A stretch of DNA of 64,000 nucleotides, taken from the NCBI GenBank assembly GCA_001179505.1, contig CDMY01000445.1:1-64000 (forward strand). Reading direction: 5' to 3'. Within the stretch, counting starts at the first letter, position 1. Each line of letters starts with the position of its first letter. Positions 10,801 to 25,108 of this stretch are shown piece after piece. The notes beneath the pieces are model-generated. The model did not search any database. It saw nothing but the letters and a program-made list of their open reading frames with translations, and was not told the DNA's origin. This DNA is from Vitrella brassicaformis CCMP3155 (Eukaryota > Protista > Chromerida). The position numbers and the translations under genes were made by a program.

Positions 10801-13800
10801 GAGCACTTGCCGCCAGTCGTCATGACCGCTGCAGAGGTAGGTGGGTGGGGCCTGCCGCACAGGCAAACACAAACACAGCTTCCTTGTGTGTCTCACTTGT
10901 CAGGCTCACACCGCTGAAGACTCAGCAGCCGCACAGGCGCTCGACAGTGAGTGAATCAAAAACGGAACAGTCCTGGCAAAGACACTGGCCTGTGTTGTGT
11001 TTCTGTGTGTAGATTTGCGTGTGCAGCTGGCCGAGTTGGAGAAGAGGGCGAAGGAGCGGCTGCAGGCGCAGGGCTTCGCACTCAACGACATACACACCAA
11101 ACGATCACTCACTATACGGTAGGCTCCACATGCACACACACGCGCATCGTCCACCCACCCGGACCTGCCATGGTTGTGTTGCAGCTATGACGGGACGGAC
11201 ACCTACGTCAAGGTGTCCGAGGCGGCCGGCAAGACTTACAAGGACATCAGTGACGACTTCAGAAAGGTGCGGCAAATGGCCGTGCAAGCATAGATACACA
11301 CAGATGTATCTCTCTATGTGTCTGTCTGTGTGCACTTAGTTGTACATCCGTGAATATGGGTTCGAGCTCTCCACTCGGCTGGTGGTGGAGGAGGTGAGAG
11401 TCGATGCCGTCGGCAAGTCGTCAGCAGGCAGGGCACAACTCAAGTGCCAGGGGACTGAGGAAGCGGTCAGTCAGTCACAACACTCACCCACGATGCCTGC
11501 CAGACATTTTGCACAGGCAGGCAAGGAGAATGTGTGGCCTCTCACTCCTCCACTCACTCAGATGTCGAGTCCGGTCGAGAGCTATCCCATATGGTTCGAT
11601 GCCAGTGTGGTGCCGACCAGGGATGGCCTCAAGGTGGAGGAGGAGCAGAAAGGCGCCCTTCTCCTCAGGACACCCATCTACCTTACAGAAAGGTAAGGTA
11701 CTCACACACAGACACCGGCGACGGACAGCGTAAACCCATACATCACTCACATCTATCTGATCTGCATCCATTCATTCATCCGTCAATAATCAATCGATCA
11801 GGTGCATGGCCGGCCAGTCGATCAACGGCCCCGCGCTGCTGTGCGATGCCAACACGACCGTCCTGGTGGAGCCCAACTGCACGGCGACGTTCCTCGAGGA
11901 CGGCTCCGTCGAGATCCTCCTGCACGACGGCGACCAGCCCACACAGACAGATGACGCAGCAACCAACGGGGTGGGCGGAAGCGATGAGGAGGTCATCGGG
12001 CCTGCGGACCCCATCACACTCAGTGTATTCGGACACAGGTACGCCATGGGCAGAGAGGGAGACCAGCCACACCTCACTGCTCTCTGATCGCGTTTGTTTG
12101 TCAGGTTCATGGGCATCGCGGAGCAGATGGGTCACATCCTCTCCCGCACGGCCATATCGGTCAACATCAAGGAGCGCCTCGACTTCTCATGCGCCATCTT
12201 CGGACCAGACGGCTCCCTCGTGGCCAACGCCCCCCACCTCCCTGTGCACCTAGGGGCCATGCAGGAGGCCGTGCGCTATCAGATAGAGCTGCTCGGCAAC
12301 AGCTGGCGGGAGGGCGAGGTCATCCTTTGCAACCACCCGGCGTATGGCGGGTCACACCTGCCCGACCTGACCGTCATCACGCCCGTGTTCCATGAGGGGA
12401 CGAGGGCGGTGTTCTATGTGGCATCGAGGGGCCACCATGCGGACGTGGGCGGCATCACACCCGGCTCCATGCCGCCATTCTCGAAAAGTGAACGAGGGGA
12501 GGGAGGGAGGGAGGGAGGGAGGGAGGACACACAGAGAAATGCTCACCTTGCAGGTGAGAGTCTGTGTGTTGTGGTGTGTTAAGGTATCGGTGAGGAGGGG
12601 GCGGCCATCCGGTCGTTCAAGCTGACGGAGGGGGGAATCTTCCAGCACGATGCTACCGTGGCCCTCTTCGGACACACCATCGACGCCTGGACGGATGAGC
12701 AGAGGAAGGCCTCCACCGCGCAGGCGTGTCAGCACGGTAACATCCCCGCCCAGCCCCCCACCCGTCGGCTGCAGGACAACCTGAGCGACCTGCACGCCCA
12801 GGTAGCGGCCAACCACCGGGGTGTGACCCTAATGGAGGAGCTCATCAAGGAGCACGGCCTGCGGAAGGTCCAGTGCTACATGAAGTACATCCAGGACGCC
12901 AGTGAGGAATCGGTCAAGGAGATGCTCGTGGCCATGTCTCACAAGAACGGCCTGCAGCTCATCGACACCCTCCGGGGCGTCGACTACATGGACGACGGCT
13001 CCGCCATACAGCTAGCCATCACCATCGACCGCACCAAACGCACCGCAACTTTCGACTTTACCGTAAGCGGCAGACAGACACCTCTTCCAAACGAAACCAG
13101 CAAAGAGTCTGTCTGTCTGTCTGTGTGTGTGTGTTCAGGGCACTGGTCCAGAGGTGTACGGCAACCTCAACTGCCCCCGGCCCGTCACGGCGTCTGCCAT
13201 CATCTACTGCCTGCGGTCGATGCTGGACTCAGACATCCCTTTGAACCAAGGCTGCCTCAAACCGGTGCAGATCATCCTGCCGCCCCACTCCCTCGTCAAC
13301 CCTTCTCATGACGCGGCCGTGGTGGCCGGCAATGTGCTGACGTCGCAGCGGATCACCGACATTGTTTTGAGGACTTTCCGGGTGGTGGCCAACTCGTATG
13401 GGTGCATGAACAACTTCACCTTTGGCAACAAGCTGCTGGCATTCTACGAGACCATCGGTGCGGTGCGCGTCTGTGTCTCTGCGAACAAACACAAACCATG
13501 CATGAGAAGGATGTCTGTGGCTGGGTGTGTGTGGATTAGGTGGTGGCAGTGGAGCGGGCCCGGCATGGCACGGCCGCAGCGGCGTCCAGTGCCACATGAC
13601 CAACACACGAATCACTGACGTGGAGGTCGTCGAAAGAAGGTGCCTCTCACCACACCCACATGTGATTGATGTGATGTCATTTCCCTCCTCTCTCTCTGTC
13701 TGTATGCTGTATGCTGTATGCAGGTACCCGGTGCTGCTGCGTCAGTTCAGGCTGCGTGAGGGATCCCAGGGCGTTGGCAAGTATTGCGGCGGTCAGGGCA

Positions 13801-14153
13801 TCATCCGGGAGTTCCAGTTCCTCCTCGACGGCATGGAGGTCAACTGCCTCATGGAAAGGAGAGCACGGCCGCCCCAGGGGCTAGACGGCGGCGGCGATGC
13901 GCTCCCCGGTCTGAATCTGTGGGTGCAGCGGTCCAAGCACGACCGCACCCTGAACCTGGGCGGCAAGAACTCCATCGTTGTGCAGGCGGGCGACCGCGTC
14001 ATCATCGCCACACCAGGCGGGGGCGGGTACGGCGCCCCAGATGACACTCGTGACGTCTCTGGCAAGAAGGATGGGTCACCGGTGGCTGCCCACCCACCCA
14101 CGCTTGGGACGGGGTCGGTCAATGCGTTCTGGAGGGCAGCTCATGAGAGCTAG
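7831..14153 (+). CDS. OPLAH: 5-oxoprolinase (ATP-hydrolysing; hydantoinase A+B fused), >20 exons
   Basis: [134 protein letters not shown]. Confidence 0.96.
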
Positions 14154-14658
14154 ACCAGGGATGGATGGGGAGTGGATGTGTGATGCTCGTGGTTGTGCTG
14201 AGCATGCAACTTTCTCCTGCGGAGAGGGTTTGTTTGTTTGTTTGTTTGTGCACAGGAGGGAAGCCGATAAGGCTTGTCCGTCTTGCCGTACGTGTCGTGT
14301 CGTGTCGTGTCGATCTAAGTCTGTGAACGTGTCTGTAGCCATAAGCCCAAGATTGATTGACGTGGATTCATGTGATGTATACGAGGGAGGACCCTTTTTC
14401 CTCATTGATTCATGTGGTCACCGATTCAGTGCATGTCGACAAACAAATGCAGTCCACTCTCCATCTGGCCACACACGCACACACGCACACATGCGTACAG
14501 GCGCAAATAGCATAAAGCATGCAACACACATACAGATATAAAGCTGTCTCTCTCCGAAGCCATCAATCAAAACTGGTCGGTCCGAAAATTGCTGTGACCG
14601 CGTAAACGCATGCAGCGTCACACACACGTGGAGGGAGAACGAGACAAAGCCTTCTGCA

Positions 14659-16676
14659 TCACTTAGCCGACAGCTTCTGCTGTATGGCCAGTAGGCTCTT
14701 CTGTCGGTTGTCCTTCTCTCGCTGGAGAGCCTTCTCTTTGGCCTCCTTGAGATTGGCACCGAACGGGGGCTTCAGGGTGCCCTCCTGCACACACACAGGC
14801 AGAGGCACACACGAAGGGACATACATGCGTAGTCGAAGCGGACTCTCTCTGTTGCTGTTGACCTCAGTGATGATGCCCGTGAGGAAACGGGCGGGCGTGA
14901 CATCTGAACAGCATGCAACGTGGGATCATTGTGTGTGTCCTTCCCTGTCTTGCATCCCCGCCTGAGAGCCTCACCGAAAGCAGGGTTGAACACCTGTGTC
15001 CCATCAGGGGCGATCGACGCACCGCCACTCACCTGCACGAAGCAACAACCCGACAGAAGCGGCCAAGGCCATGCATGTCACCGGTGTACCATGTTGTTCT
15101 GTCTGTCTATCAGGTTGGGACACATACACGGAGTCACATACACGGAGTATTTCGTCGGAGCTCCTCTCCTCGATGACGATGTCTTGGCCTGTCGGTATGG
15201 TGAGGTCGATGGTGGAGGTCGGCACACACGCGTACACCGGGATGCCGTGTGCATGCGCCGCCATCGCCAGATTGAACGTCCCTGCGTACAGTACACCCAC
15301 ACGTCCACACACACCACCCCCATGTTCTTGCTTTGCTCCCTCAATGTAATGTGCTGCCAGGCTGCCATATATGTGTAGGTAGTTACCGATTTTGTTAGCG
15401 ACGTCTCCATTGGCGGCCACCCTGTCGGCACCGAAGACGACGGCATCGACCTTGCCCTGGTACATGAGGAGGCCGCTCGCACCATCCACGATCAGGTGGT
15501 GGGGGATCCTGCTCTCACGCAACTCCCAGCATGTCAACTTGGCCCCCTGCACACATTTACAAATAAGAGAGATATATATGCACTCCCTCAAAAGAGGCAG
15601 GCGTGTGATGTGACTGATGCGAGTGGAGTCCACCTGCAGCCGCGGCCTGGTCTCGTCCACATACACATGGAGGTTCTTGCCGGCCTGGCTGAGGCTGAAG
15701 ATCACACCGAGGGCGGTGCCGTGGCCTGCCGTCGCCAGAGCGCCCGTGTTGCAGTGGTGGATCAGATTCAGCCGCTCAGCAGGCCCGTTGGTGGCGGTCG
15801 CGCCCTCTGTCTTGGCCGCCTTGGACGCCCGCATGGGTGCGACATCCTGGTCGATGGTGGCGACGCCGTGAGAGCCGAGCCTCTTGTTGTTCTCGACGTC
15901 CTCGTTGAAGATGCGCTGCGCCTCATCCACAATGCACTCGCTGATCAGTGCCGCACTTGCATCCTCACGACTGAGCAGCGGAAGGGCATACACACATATA
16001 CTAGGTGGCATGCGTCGGCGTGCCTGTCTGTCTGTATCCTTACATGTTGAGGATGGTGTCGACGACCTCGACGATACGGGCGGTGGCGTACATCAGATTG
16101 ACCGCCGTGGGGCGAGCCTCGTCCATCGCTGACACATACACACACACCAAGCGAAGCCATCCGTCCCTTGCCGTGCCGTGTCTGCATGCTACCTCTCACC
16201 CTTCTTGGTGTCTTGCAGTTTGTCTTTGAGTGTACTGCCGCTGACTGATGGCTCCTCCTTGGCAATCAAAAGACACTCGAGAGCCATTCCTGACGGCAAC
16301 AGCCACGGCAGGTCGGTGACAATGCACTGCCATCAGTGTCTGTGTGCCTACCGTATGCGGCAGCGCAACCGATGGCAGGCGCGCCGCGGACCTTCATCGA
16401 ACGAATCGACTCGGCCACCTGCAGCACACCACGCAGAGGTGGATGCACACACATGGATGAACAATCAATCTCACCTCCTTTGCATTGTGGAGATCCACGT
16501 AGGAGACCGATGCCGGCAGATCACTCTGGTCCAGCAGCTGCAGACGCGCACTGTCGCCCTGCCCCACACACGCAACACACGGTGTGAGATCTGCGTCAGT
16601 TGATCTGCCATCGTCTATGACTCACCTTTTGGATCCATTTCATCGTGAACACCTCATCCTCTCCTTTGCCGTTCAT
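14659..16676 (-). CDS. mtnA: Methylthioribose-1-phosphate isomerase, multi-exon
   Basis: [67 protein letters not shown]. First exon [17 protein letters not shown]; last exon ends QQKLSAK*. Confidence 0.94.
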
Positions 16677-16714
16677 CGTTGGGGATGGAGAAGGGAGGAT
16701 GCCGCGGGTTTGCT

Positions 16715-16724
16715 TGAGCTCGCA
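16715..16724 (-). promoter_or_regulatory. Recurrent upstream motif TGCGAGCTCA (mtnA/truA gap)
   Basis: Lies in the 85-bp gap between divergent ATGs; CAGATCT follows at 16735. Confidence 0.6.
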
Positions 16725-16761
16725 GCTAAGCTTGCAGATCTCCTGACGGATGCATTGAACA

Positions 16762-17371
16762 ATGAATGAGCCTGATCTACTCGGATCATCAGATCCATCC
16801 ACACCGGAAGAATGTGGCGATCTGGCCCATGCGCAGCTTCGGTATTGTCGATTGTGCGTGACGGCCACCTTTCTCCTCACCGTCTGCTGCATTCCGCACC
16901 GCCTGGAGGCCTTTCGAGCAGCGCCCCACCCCAATGATCCTTCTTCCTCTCTGCAGCCCTTCAGAAGACACGCTGCTCCATTTCAAAGGCATCGCCATCA
17001 TTGTGACCTGTCAGCGGCGCCTGTCGACGTCGATGTGGTTGAGGAGAAAGCACCACCACCTGGGGAGGTGCCGTCTTACTACTATGTGTCTACTGATGCG
17101 GCTGATCTGACTGATGTGGAGTGGTGCGAGAGGCGGCGGCGGTCTGCAATGGACGAGGGGCGGGTGGAGTTCAGCTCGCCGGCCGAGCACATTGCCTTCG
17201 GCCGGATGGTGGGGTACCTGGTGTGGGTGACCTATGACGGCCGGCAGTTTGAGAGCTTCGACGACTCGCCGACCGACAGCGCCATCAAGGCCTACCTCGT
17301 CAACATACTTGACGATGAACTGAGGCTCAGACCGAAATCCGGTGGGCGGCCGATCATAAGCAGCACACACA

Positions 17372-17412
<41 letters not shown>

Positions 17413-18728
17413 GCCATCATTCTTCTCTTGTTGTCTGTGACAACTCATTGATTTGCAGCTTTGCAGCACTGTGTGCGGACAGATGCCGGCATGAGCGCGT
17501 TGGAGAACGTCTTTCTGTTTGACTCCAACTGCCGGCCGGATATCGAGTCGATCGTCAGGCGGTTCAACCTCAAGGGCTCAGGCGTCAAAATCACCAAAAT
17601 GATCAAGGTGGGCGGGGAGGGAGGACACACTCGTGAGGACCATTGCGATGCCTTGGTGTGTATGGGTGTGCGTCTGACCTGCAGGTGTTGGATCATTTGT
17701 ATTTGCATGAGCTGCTGGACTCATGTGAGTTCTTCGTCCGCATTCCTTTCGAGGACCCGCAGCTCGTCACCAAGAACAAGTACATACACAATACACGCAC
17801 ACGCGTCCACACGGCCGACTCCACCTCTTTCCTCTCTCACTTTTCTGGCCAGAAACGAGATCAGCAACGCCTGCGCTAAGTTCACAGGCACCATTGATTT
17901 CGCCGACTACACGAGCGCCAAGGCCAGCAGCACCACACGCACGGTGGCAGTGCAGTACGACGAGGCGACGGGCGGCCTGCGGTTCATCTGTGAGGGTCAG
18001 GACTTCCTGCCCGACCAGGTGGCCATGATGGCTGCCGAGATCCTCAGCGGCAGCAAGGACACGCCATTGCCCCCACAACTCATCACACTGAGGTGAGGCC
18101 GGCTGCCTGGCTGGGGCAGGGACGGCACATGGATGCAGTGTGTGATCTATGGTGTGTCTGTGGTTGGTTCAGGTCAGTGTCGTTGAATTCCAATCGTCTG
18201 CAGAATGTGGCCTATCGGGACGTCAAGGAACCGTTGCCAGGTGAGGGAGGCAAAAGGAGCCCTCACCGAAGGACACAGAAGACGCCACGCCTCCCTTGTA
18301 TGTTCGTGATTGCAGCTGAACTGTCTGAGGCCAAGCAGGAGAGGTGCGGCGATGTCCTGGTCCTCTCACTCAACGACGCCCAGTACGACAGAATGAAAGG
18401 TATACACACAAACGACACCTGCCTGCCCCCAACACACACGCAGATGTGTGCCTCTACGTCTTCGCAAACAGAGAACGAGGGAGCCCTTGAGGTGCAGGTG
18501 CGCACCAGCATCGGCAAGGTGGCCTACCTGAGGGGGTGGAAGGAGACACGGCCCGACGGCAAGGCGCTGGCCAAGGTGTTGAGGCGAGAGGACCGCAAGC
18601 GGAAGGGTCTGCCTGACGAGGAGGCCGAGGCCGCCATGGAGGACCCCCAGTACAAGAGCAGTGCAGAAAAGAGGAAGGAAGCTGAGGCACTGCTCGACAG
18701 ACTCAGGCAGATCAGGGGCAGCTCGTGA
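16762..18728 (+). CDS. truA: tRNA pseudouridine synthase TruA-like protein with putative bipartite plastid leader
   Basis: YLVWVTYDG, RTDAGMSA (catalytic Asp region), FTGTIDFADY, FICEGQDFLPDQVAMM. Hydrophobic stretch LCVTATFLLTVCC followed by EA-FRAAP. Charged C-terminal extension. Confidence 0.78.
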
Positions 18729-21700
18729 CTGACATACAGAAATGTATGTACCATGGTGTGTGGTTGCCGCTGCGACTGCTTGAATGGTGTTGACGCAGCG
18801 GCTATTAAGCGTCATGTTGAATGGCGACGGAAAACACGCAGGTGTTCGTTGGAAGCATATGACGTGTTACTGCCCGCCACAACCGTCAGTCGACGCCTGT
18901 GGACGATTGGCAGCTCAAGATCCATTCAGGCAGCAGCTTGGGGGAAGCGGCCCTGTACACGTGAGTAAATTTGGGAGGCGACGAACACTAGAGAGGCGTT
19001 TCCCGCAGCATGCACGCGACGATGAGTTCATCCCACACCAGAGTCAGTACGCGGTCGGCAAAAATACAGACAGACAGACAGACAGCCACGTTAAGGTGTT
19101 CTCAGTTGTCGTGTCTAAGTGCACCTGGAGATCTTTGCAGGTCAAGCAATCAAGGCAGGCAGGCAGGCCAACGACAGCAACCAGACTAGGAAGGGCCTAT
19201 GGCTGCAAGAACGCATGCACCACGTCTGCGGGCACTGGCTGATCTCTGGCTATGCTATGCAGACGCGAGCGTGTCCATGGGTGTTCGTGGGTGCGAGCAG
19301 ATGTCGGTCGCTCGGTCAAAACCCGACTGGCTGCTCACACGTTCAGTCAGTCACTTGCATGCAGGATCGGCCTATGCGGATGCACTCGGCCTACCACCAG
19401 CATATCCATCGACTATCACACATCACCCTCCAACTCCCACCCTCTCTCTGTTCTGTGTCTCTCTTTCTCTCTTTGACACGCGTGCACGTGTATATAAACA
19501 AAAACGGACAGATAGGTACGTACGGACATACATGCAAGCAAACATGTATGCACCCACCCACCCACCCGGTACCAACTCACGCACACAGATACGCACCAAG
19601 ACATACATCCCGACGCGACACGACCGACACGACAGACAGTTCCGCGCACACGAGCGAACGAGCAGCGCCTTCATTCACACACGCGGTATACGTTGGCACG
19701 CATCAAGAAGAAAAAAGGAATTGGTGCGTGCGTCATCAGCTGTGTGTGAAAGATACGGCATCACTCGATCGTCGGAAAAGGCATGGCACACCACAAGCAG
19801 GCACGCAGGCAGGCAGGGAGACAGACAGACAGATAGGGAGCCAGCCAGCCATGCCGGGCGCAAAACTCCTTTCCTTCAATTATACGATTGTGTGCATAGT
19901 TACGGTGGGCTGGCTGGCACGCTACCAGCGACAAATACCCTTCCCCTCGCTCATTCATTCAGACAGACAGCCGACCGAGCAAGCAGAAGGGCGAATTGCG
20001 ATCGGTCGTTGTGCACGTATGTACGTAAGCATCTGTGAATGTGTTGTCAAGATATACATCCGTACGCATTGGTGGGCAAAGACACTGACGGACATAAGAT
20101 GGGATGTTGCGTTTGTACGTCGTGTGCGTATGTACGGCACATAAACAAGCCCTGGCCATGCATATGCATGCCTGTATGCATATTCACGCAGATGGATAGA
20201 TATACAGAGGGGAACTAGGTGCGGGTGCGACTGGACTCCCTCTCCCCTCCATCCCTCGCCCCTACCTGAAAAAGAGAGGCGTGAATGAGTGGTGGGTAGC
20301 TGGTGCGATCGACAGTCCCTACCTGATTGATGTATGACACGAATGCACCTTCATGCACTTACATCGACTCACTCACTCAGTCACTGGCACTCACTCCTGC
20401 CTACATACGCGTGTACGTATGTACGTATGTTTGTACGTATGTACGCATGTATCTGTACAAACACATATATATATATATAGCATAGCGTATACATAGCCAG
20501 TAGGACCAATTGGGGGCACGGGAGTTGTGAGAAGTGAGAGGTGTGTGTGTGGAGGGGGGACGGGACGGGACGACGAGCGAAAGTGAGACAAAAATGATTG
20601 AGCGGCTTGGACGGGGGAGCCAGGCTCGCCCGTAATTGGCATCCATCCATCCACACGCACATCATCCATCGACTAAAATCACAGCACACCACACGTCACA
20701 TCATATGATGGCACCAACTACGGACACGGCACGACACGACAGGGACACGCAGGTAGGCATGCAAAGAAAGAAAGAAATAGTAGGCATCTTCGTTGGTTCG
20801 TTCGTTCGTGTTGGTGCAATCACTCAATCACGTATTTCACACATTCGCACATTCATTCACTCATTCATTCACTAGGGGCACATTTTAGGCCAGCAGAGCT
20901 GCCAGGCTTGCACTCACGCAGCCATGCAGGCAGGCAGGCATCACACACGCACACAGAAGAATGAACACATTCACTACAGCCACACATACACGACACGAGA
21001 CATGAATTCACACGAATCAACAACATCCATTCGTCGATGGGGAGGTTAGTGGGAGCCCCTCTCTGTGTGCTTCTGCCTTGAAAATAGGCACGATTAGAGT
21101 AGGTAGGTACCCAACCGGCCGGCCACGCACTCACTCACACCCTCACAAACACACGCACGAATGCACGCACTCTATCAAACAACAAGGAGAGGGACAAAAC
21201 ACTTGATACAGATAGACAGACAGGCGGCAGGCAGTCAGACGCACAGCACGGCAAAGTCAAGCCGGGCCAGCCAACACTCATCTGTCTGTCTGTCGCCTCT
21301 GTCTTTCCTTCAGTGCACGCACTACTGCATGCACCAAAAAATACCTCAATTCGTCGCACACACGTACGTGAGTACGCGTGCACGGTTTCTTCTTCGCTGT
21401 GCCCTCATCCATCCATCCATCCATCCATCATCTTCAAAAAGGAGTCACCCCTTTCTCTGTCTACGCATCTCGGCAACCGTCAGTCACCATCCATCCCATC
21501 AGGCACCACCACATCAGCCAGCGGATGCACTGACGGGAACGCATGTGTGGAACATGCATTACAAGAAGCCGTTCACATCCGTCAATCGATCTATCGATCG
21601 TATGTATTGTATGTTTCTATGTGTATTAGATAGTTGTATCATTATATATATATACGCGCCCCAACCCTTCACCCGCACTCTCCCACCCAGCCCCACCGCC

Positions 21701-21995
21701 CCCCCCTTTCCTCCCCAATCAATGGTACACCAACACGAATACTGATCCATCCATCGGTTGATCGAGCGGTACATACAGCCTTACACAGCTGGTGAGCACT
21801 CAATTGACATCAATATAGCGATGATGAGAGAGATACGATACACACACTACAGACACACGCCACACGCTCTCACGCACACATTGACTAGGGACACCTAAAC
21901 ATTTACATACGCATTCACACACTCACCCATGGTGCACACGATTACATAATACCCCACGCTACGCCACGCCCGCCACGCCCCCCTGTCCGTGTCTC

Positions 21996-24622
21996 TCAGT
22001 CCTTGTATCCCGCCCGTGTGCTCTCCTCCATGGCCTTCATCAGCTCTGCATCGTGCACACACAAGACACAGCCAAAGGGTTCAAAGGACAATCCATACGT
22101 GTTGATACACACATCGTGTGCATTGAGTGCTGACCTTCCACGGGCACCGTCTGCATTTGCTGGAAGGTCCCCGTGGCGGGCGAGCGCGCCCCGCTCTCAG
22201 TCGGCGACGGGCCGCTCACACCCACGGGCACCGATATCGTCCGCTGCACCGGCCGGCCCACCCTCTCCACCCTTACTCCCTCTCCCTCCTCCTGCCCCAC
22301 ATCGGCCTGCGTCTCCGCCTCCCGCATGAACACACGGCCAGGCGCTGCCGGACACGACACAGACGAGAAGCGGGGCGGGTAGCGCGCCACCAAGGGGAGC
22401 GAAGAAGACGACGGGAGACCCGCGAGCTCCCCCGCAATGGTGTGCGTCTGCGCGAGGGTGTGCGGCGCACCCGCCATGAGGAACGAGGGCGGCCCCTCGT
22501 CGCCCTGTGGCTGGTGGGTGAGGGGCGTAGTGGCTGCGCGTGACGCGTGTCTACCGTAGAGAGGCACCGGGCTGCTGAAGGTGGGGTGTGGCACGTCGGG
22601 TGGGAAGGGGGGTGGGGGTGCGGGGGGCAGATGCCGCCTCCTCACATGGCGCTCGCTGAGGCTGCTGGCGCTGTTGGATGGCGACGACATCGACACAGAC
22701 GCCTCGCCCCCCATGGCAGTGACGGTCGTTGACCAGGCCGCGTTACTCGGATGAGCAATCGAGAGGAAAGATGCAGACGGCACCGAGCTCGCAGACGAGA
22801 GGGGGGGCGGGGAGGGAGGAAAACCGCCGTAGGCAGCTTCTCCATAGCCGCCGGGTGACTTGGGCGGCAGGATGGAGATGGGAGGGATGGGCGACAAAAC
22901 CTCCCCTGAGTCGGCGAATGCCCTCGGCACGGGACTCTCCTGCGGCATCGGGACGAGTGGGGCGGGGCGGGGCGCCCGCGGCATCGCTGGCTCGGCCTCT
23001 CGGATTGAAAAAGGCCGTCCTGATGGGGGACTCCTGGCCGGCGGTGGCGGCGGGAACAAGGGCGACGGAATATCGGGCTCGTATACCTCCAGGGTGTCGG
23101 CCTGCACGGCTGCATCAGTAGTGTTGCCGACGCCAATCCGCCCCCTGCCCCTCCTGTGTGGCCGCAGGATGCTGATGGCGCCGATCTCCTCGGAACTCCG
23201 TCTCACCTTGGCCACGGGGCCAGGGCCGCCCTTTGCCTTGCCCCGCCCCATCGACGACATGGGGGACGAGAAGCTCACAGAGGGCTCGCCATAGCCCCCG
23301 AGCTCTCCGTATCCCCCCACACTCATGCTCATGCTCATCCCCATTCCACCGCCAGCATACCCCTGCGGAGACGAGGGCGGCGGCGCCAATCCCACCGGCA
23401 CCGATGTTGACAGGATGGGGAACGGAGGCCCCCCCATGGCACGGGGCATCGTTCGAGACCCGAGTGGCGTGTCCTGCAGCAGCATGGGAGTGCCGGTGCC
23501 TCCAGTGCCTCCGCCAGGGGTCGAGCCGAGATCGCCTTCGGGTGGCTGCAGTACGCGGCTGTGGTAAGGCCGCAGCGAGAGCATGGGTGGGGGGCGGACG
23601 ACAGACGATCGGTCAGCGGGCGATGCCGACCTCGGGTATGAGGGGTAGCCGCCAGCCTCATACATGGGCTGCAAAGTCGGCATGGTCGGCGCCGGCTGCT
23701 GCGAGTAGGATGTGCTAGGCGGGTATGAGGAGGGGTAGTGTGCTGGGAAGGCTGGGTAGGAGGGGGGCGAGTCGGGTGGGGCGGGGGCGTCGCCTGGGTG
23801 GGTCTGGGGCGGCGGGGCGGCTGCACGCTCCGCCATGTGATACCTGAAGAGACGACAAAGGAGAACAGAAAGCCACACTTGAATATTCAAGGCGCTGTCA
23901 TTGGCTTGGCTTGGCCCGCCTTGCCTTTCTCCCTACCCTCTCGGTCGTAGCTCTGCGACCCCATGCGCATGGCGACACGACGCGCCAGCGCGACACTCGC
24001 CACGCAACCAGTGCTGAATGACACAGAAGACGCACACAGACAGCCAAGTGTCCATATATCGGCTTACGTGTCGGTCCTGCCCTGCTCTAGCCAGCCCAGC
24101 CCTTTCCAGCCCACCTGGCAGATGGCCGTTTTGAAGTAGTCGTCTGTGGTCCTGAGTTCGGCGACGCCGTGTGCATACTTGCATGCCTTGGGGTCGTGCA
24201 TGTATGGGCACTGGCCCCGCTCCCACTCCTCACACACACGCGTCTTGGTCAGGTCGGGCAGCGGACGCAACTCCTCCACCGTGTGAGCTGACAGACAGAC
24301 AGACCGATGCGATTCATACACACACAGACATACACATGTGTTAAGGCGTGCGTGTGTGTGTGTGTGTGTGTGTGTGTTCGTGTGAGTCGCACCGAAGGGG
24401 CACCGCTGGCCTCGCGGACACGGCTGTCCGTCGCCAGTGAACTGACACATGCGGGTCTTCCACCCTGCAGAAACACACACGACACAGAAACGGATATGAG
24501 CACGATTCGATTACTTCCCGTCTGTCTGTCTCTGTGCGGTGTGCGTCCCTCTCCCTCCCACTGCTTTGCTTACACTGGTCGCGCATCTTCCATTTCCTGC
24601 CGCCGGGTTGTCCATTTGGCAT
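21996..24622 (-). CDS. Tandem CCCH zinc-finger RNA-binding protein with long Pro/Ser-rich tail
   Basis: WKTRMCQFTGDGQPCPRGQRCPFAH, LTKTRVCEEWERGQCPYMHDPKACKYAHG, YFKTAICQ..HWLRGECRAGASCRHAHG. One ~1.7 kb low-complexity exon; ends KAMEESTRAGYKD*. Confidence 0.88.
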
Positions 24623-25108
24623 GATCACACAGAAGCGACCTGTCGGCGTCCCCCCGTCAAGCGACGCCCCACTGACCATCACAACGTCATCCTCGCGACA
24701 ACAGGCAGGCAAACCACTCCACTCGTCAGGGTCTCAAAATGCTGTCCTCGTTTGGTCCAGCGGTAAACGAGAAAGATCAAGTCAAGCAGACTGAGTCAAG
24801 TTCTCCGCCTCAGCGACTCGGTCCCGCGGGATCGCGCTCTCCATCTCTCCGGTTGATCTTTTAAGAGCGGCGAGTCACGACTGCTGCGCAAAGAGAAGCA
24901 GCAGGTACAGGGCACTGCTGTCATGGCTGGGGGAGGGGGAAGGACTCACGAAAGAAATCTGATCTCGCGTCGTCCTCGGCTAAGCTCGCAGATGGGAAAA
25001 CAACCCTACCTGCGGAAAAGAAGAAGAGAGGCGGCCTGGCGCGGCGCCATGAGGCAAGCTAATCCATAAAGGGGAGTGAAAACATAGCCAGCAGAGAGCC
25101 GAGTGAGG

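Noticed and set aside
7831-16676. OPLAH and mtnA adjacent as a sulfur/amino-acid salvage cluster
   Set aside because: Convergent orientation, different pathways and no shared promoter; adjacency is likely chance.
18750-21900. Long ORFs such as 19119..20144 and 19199..20038
   Set aside because: Products of CA/GT/CAGA microsatellites (His/Thr/Cys/Val-rich) with no motifs or coherent splice pattern.
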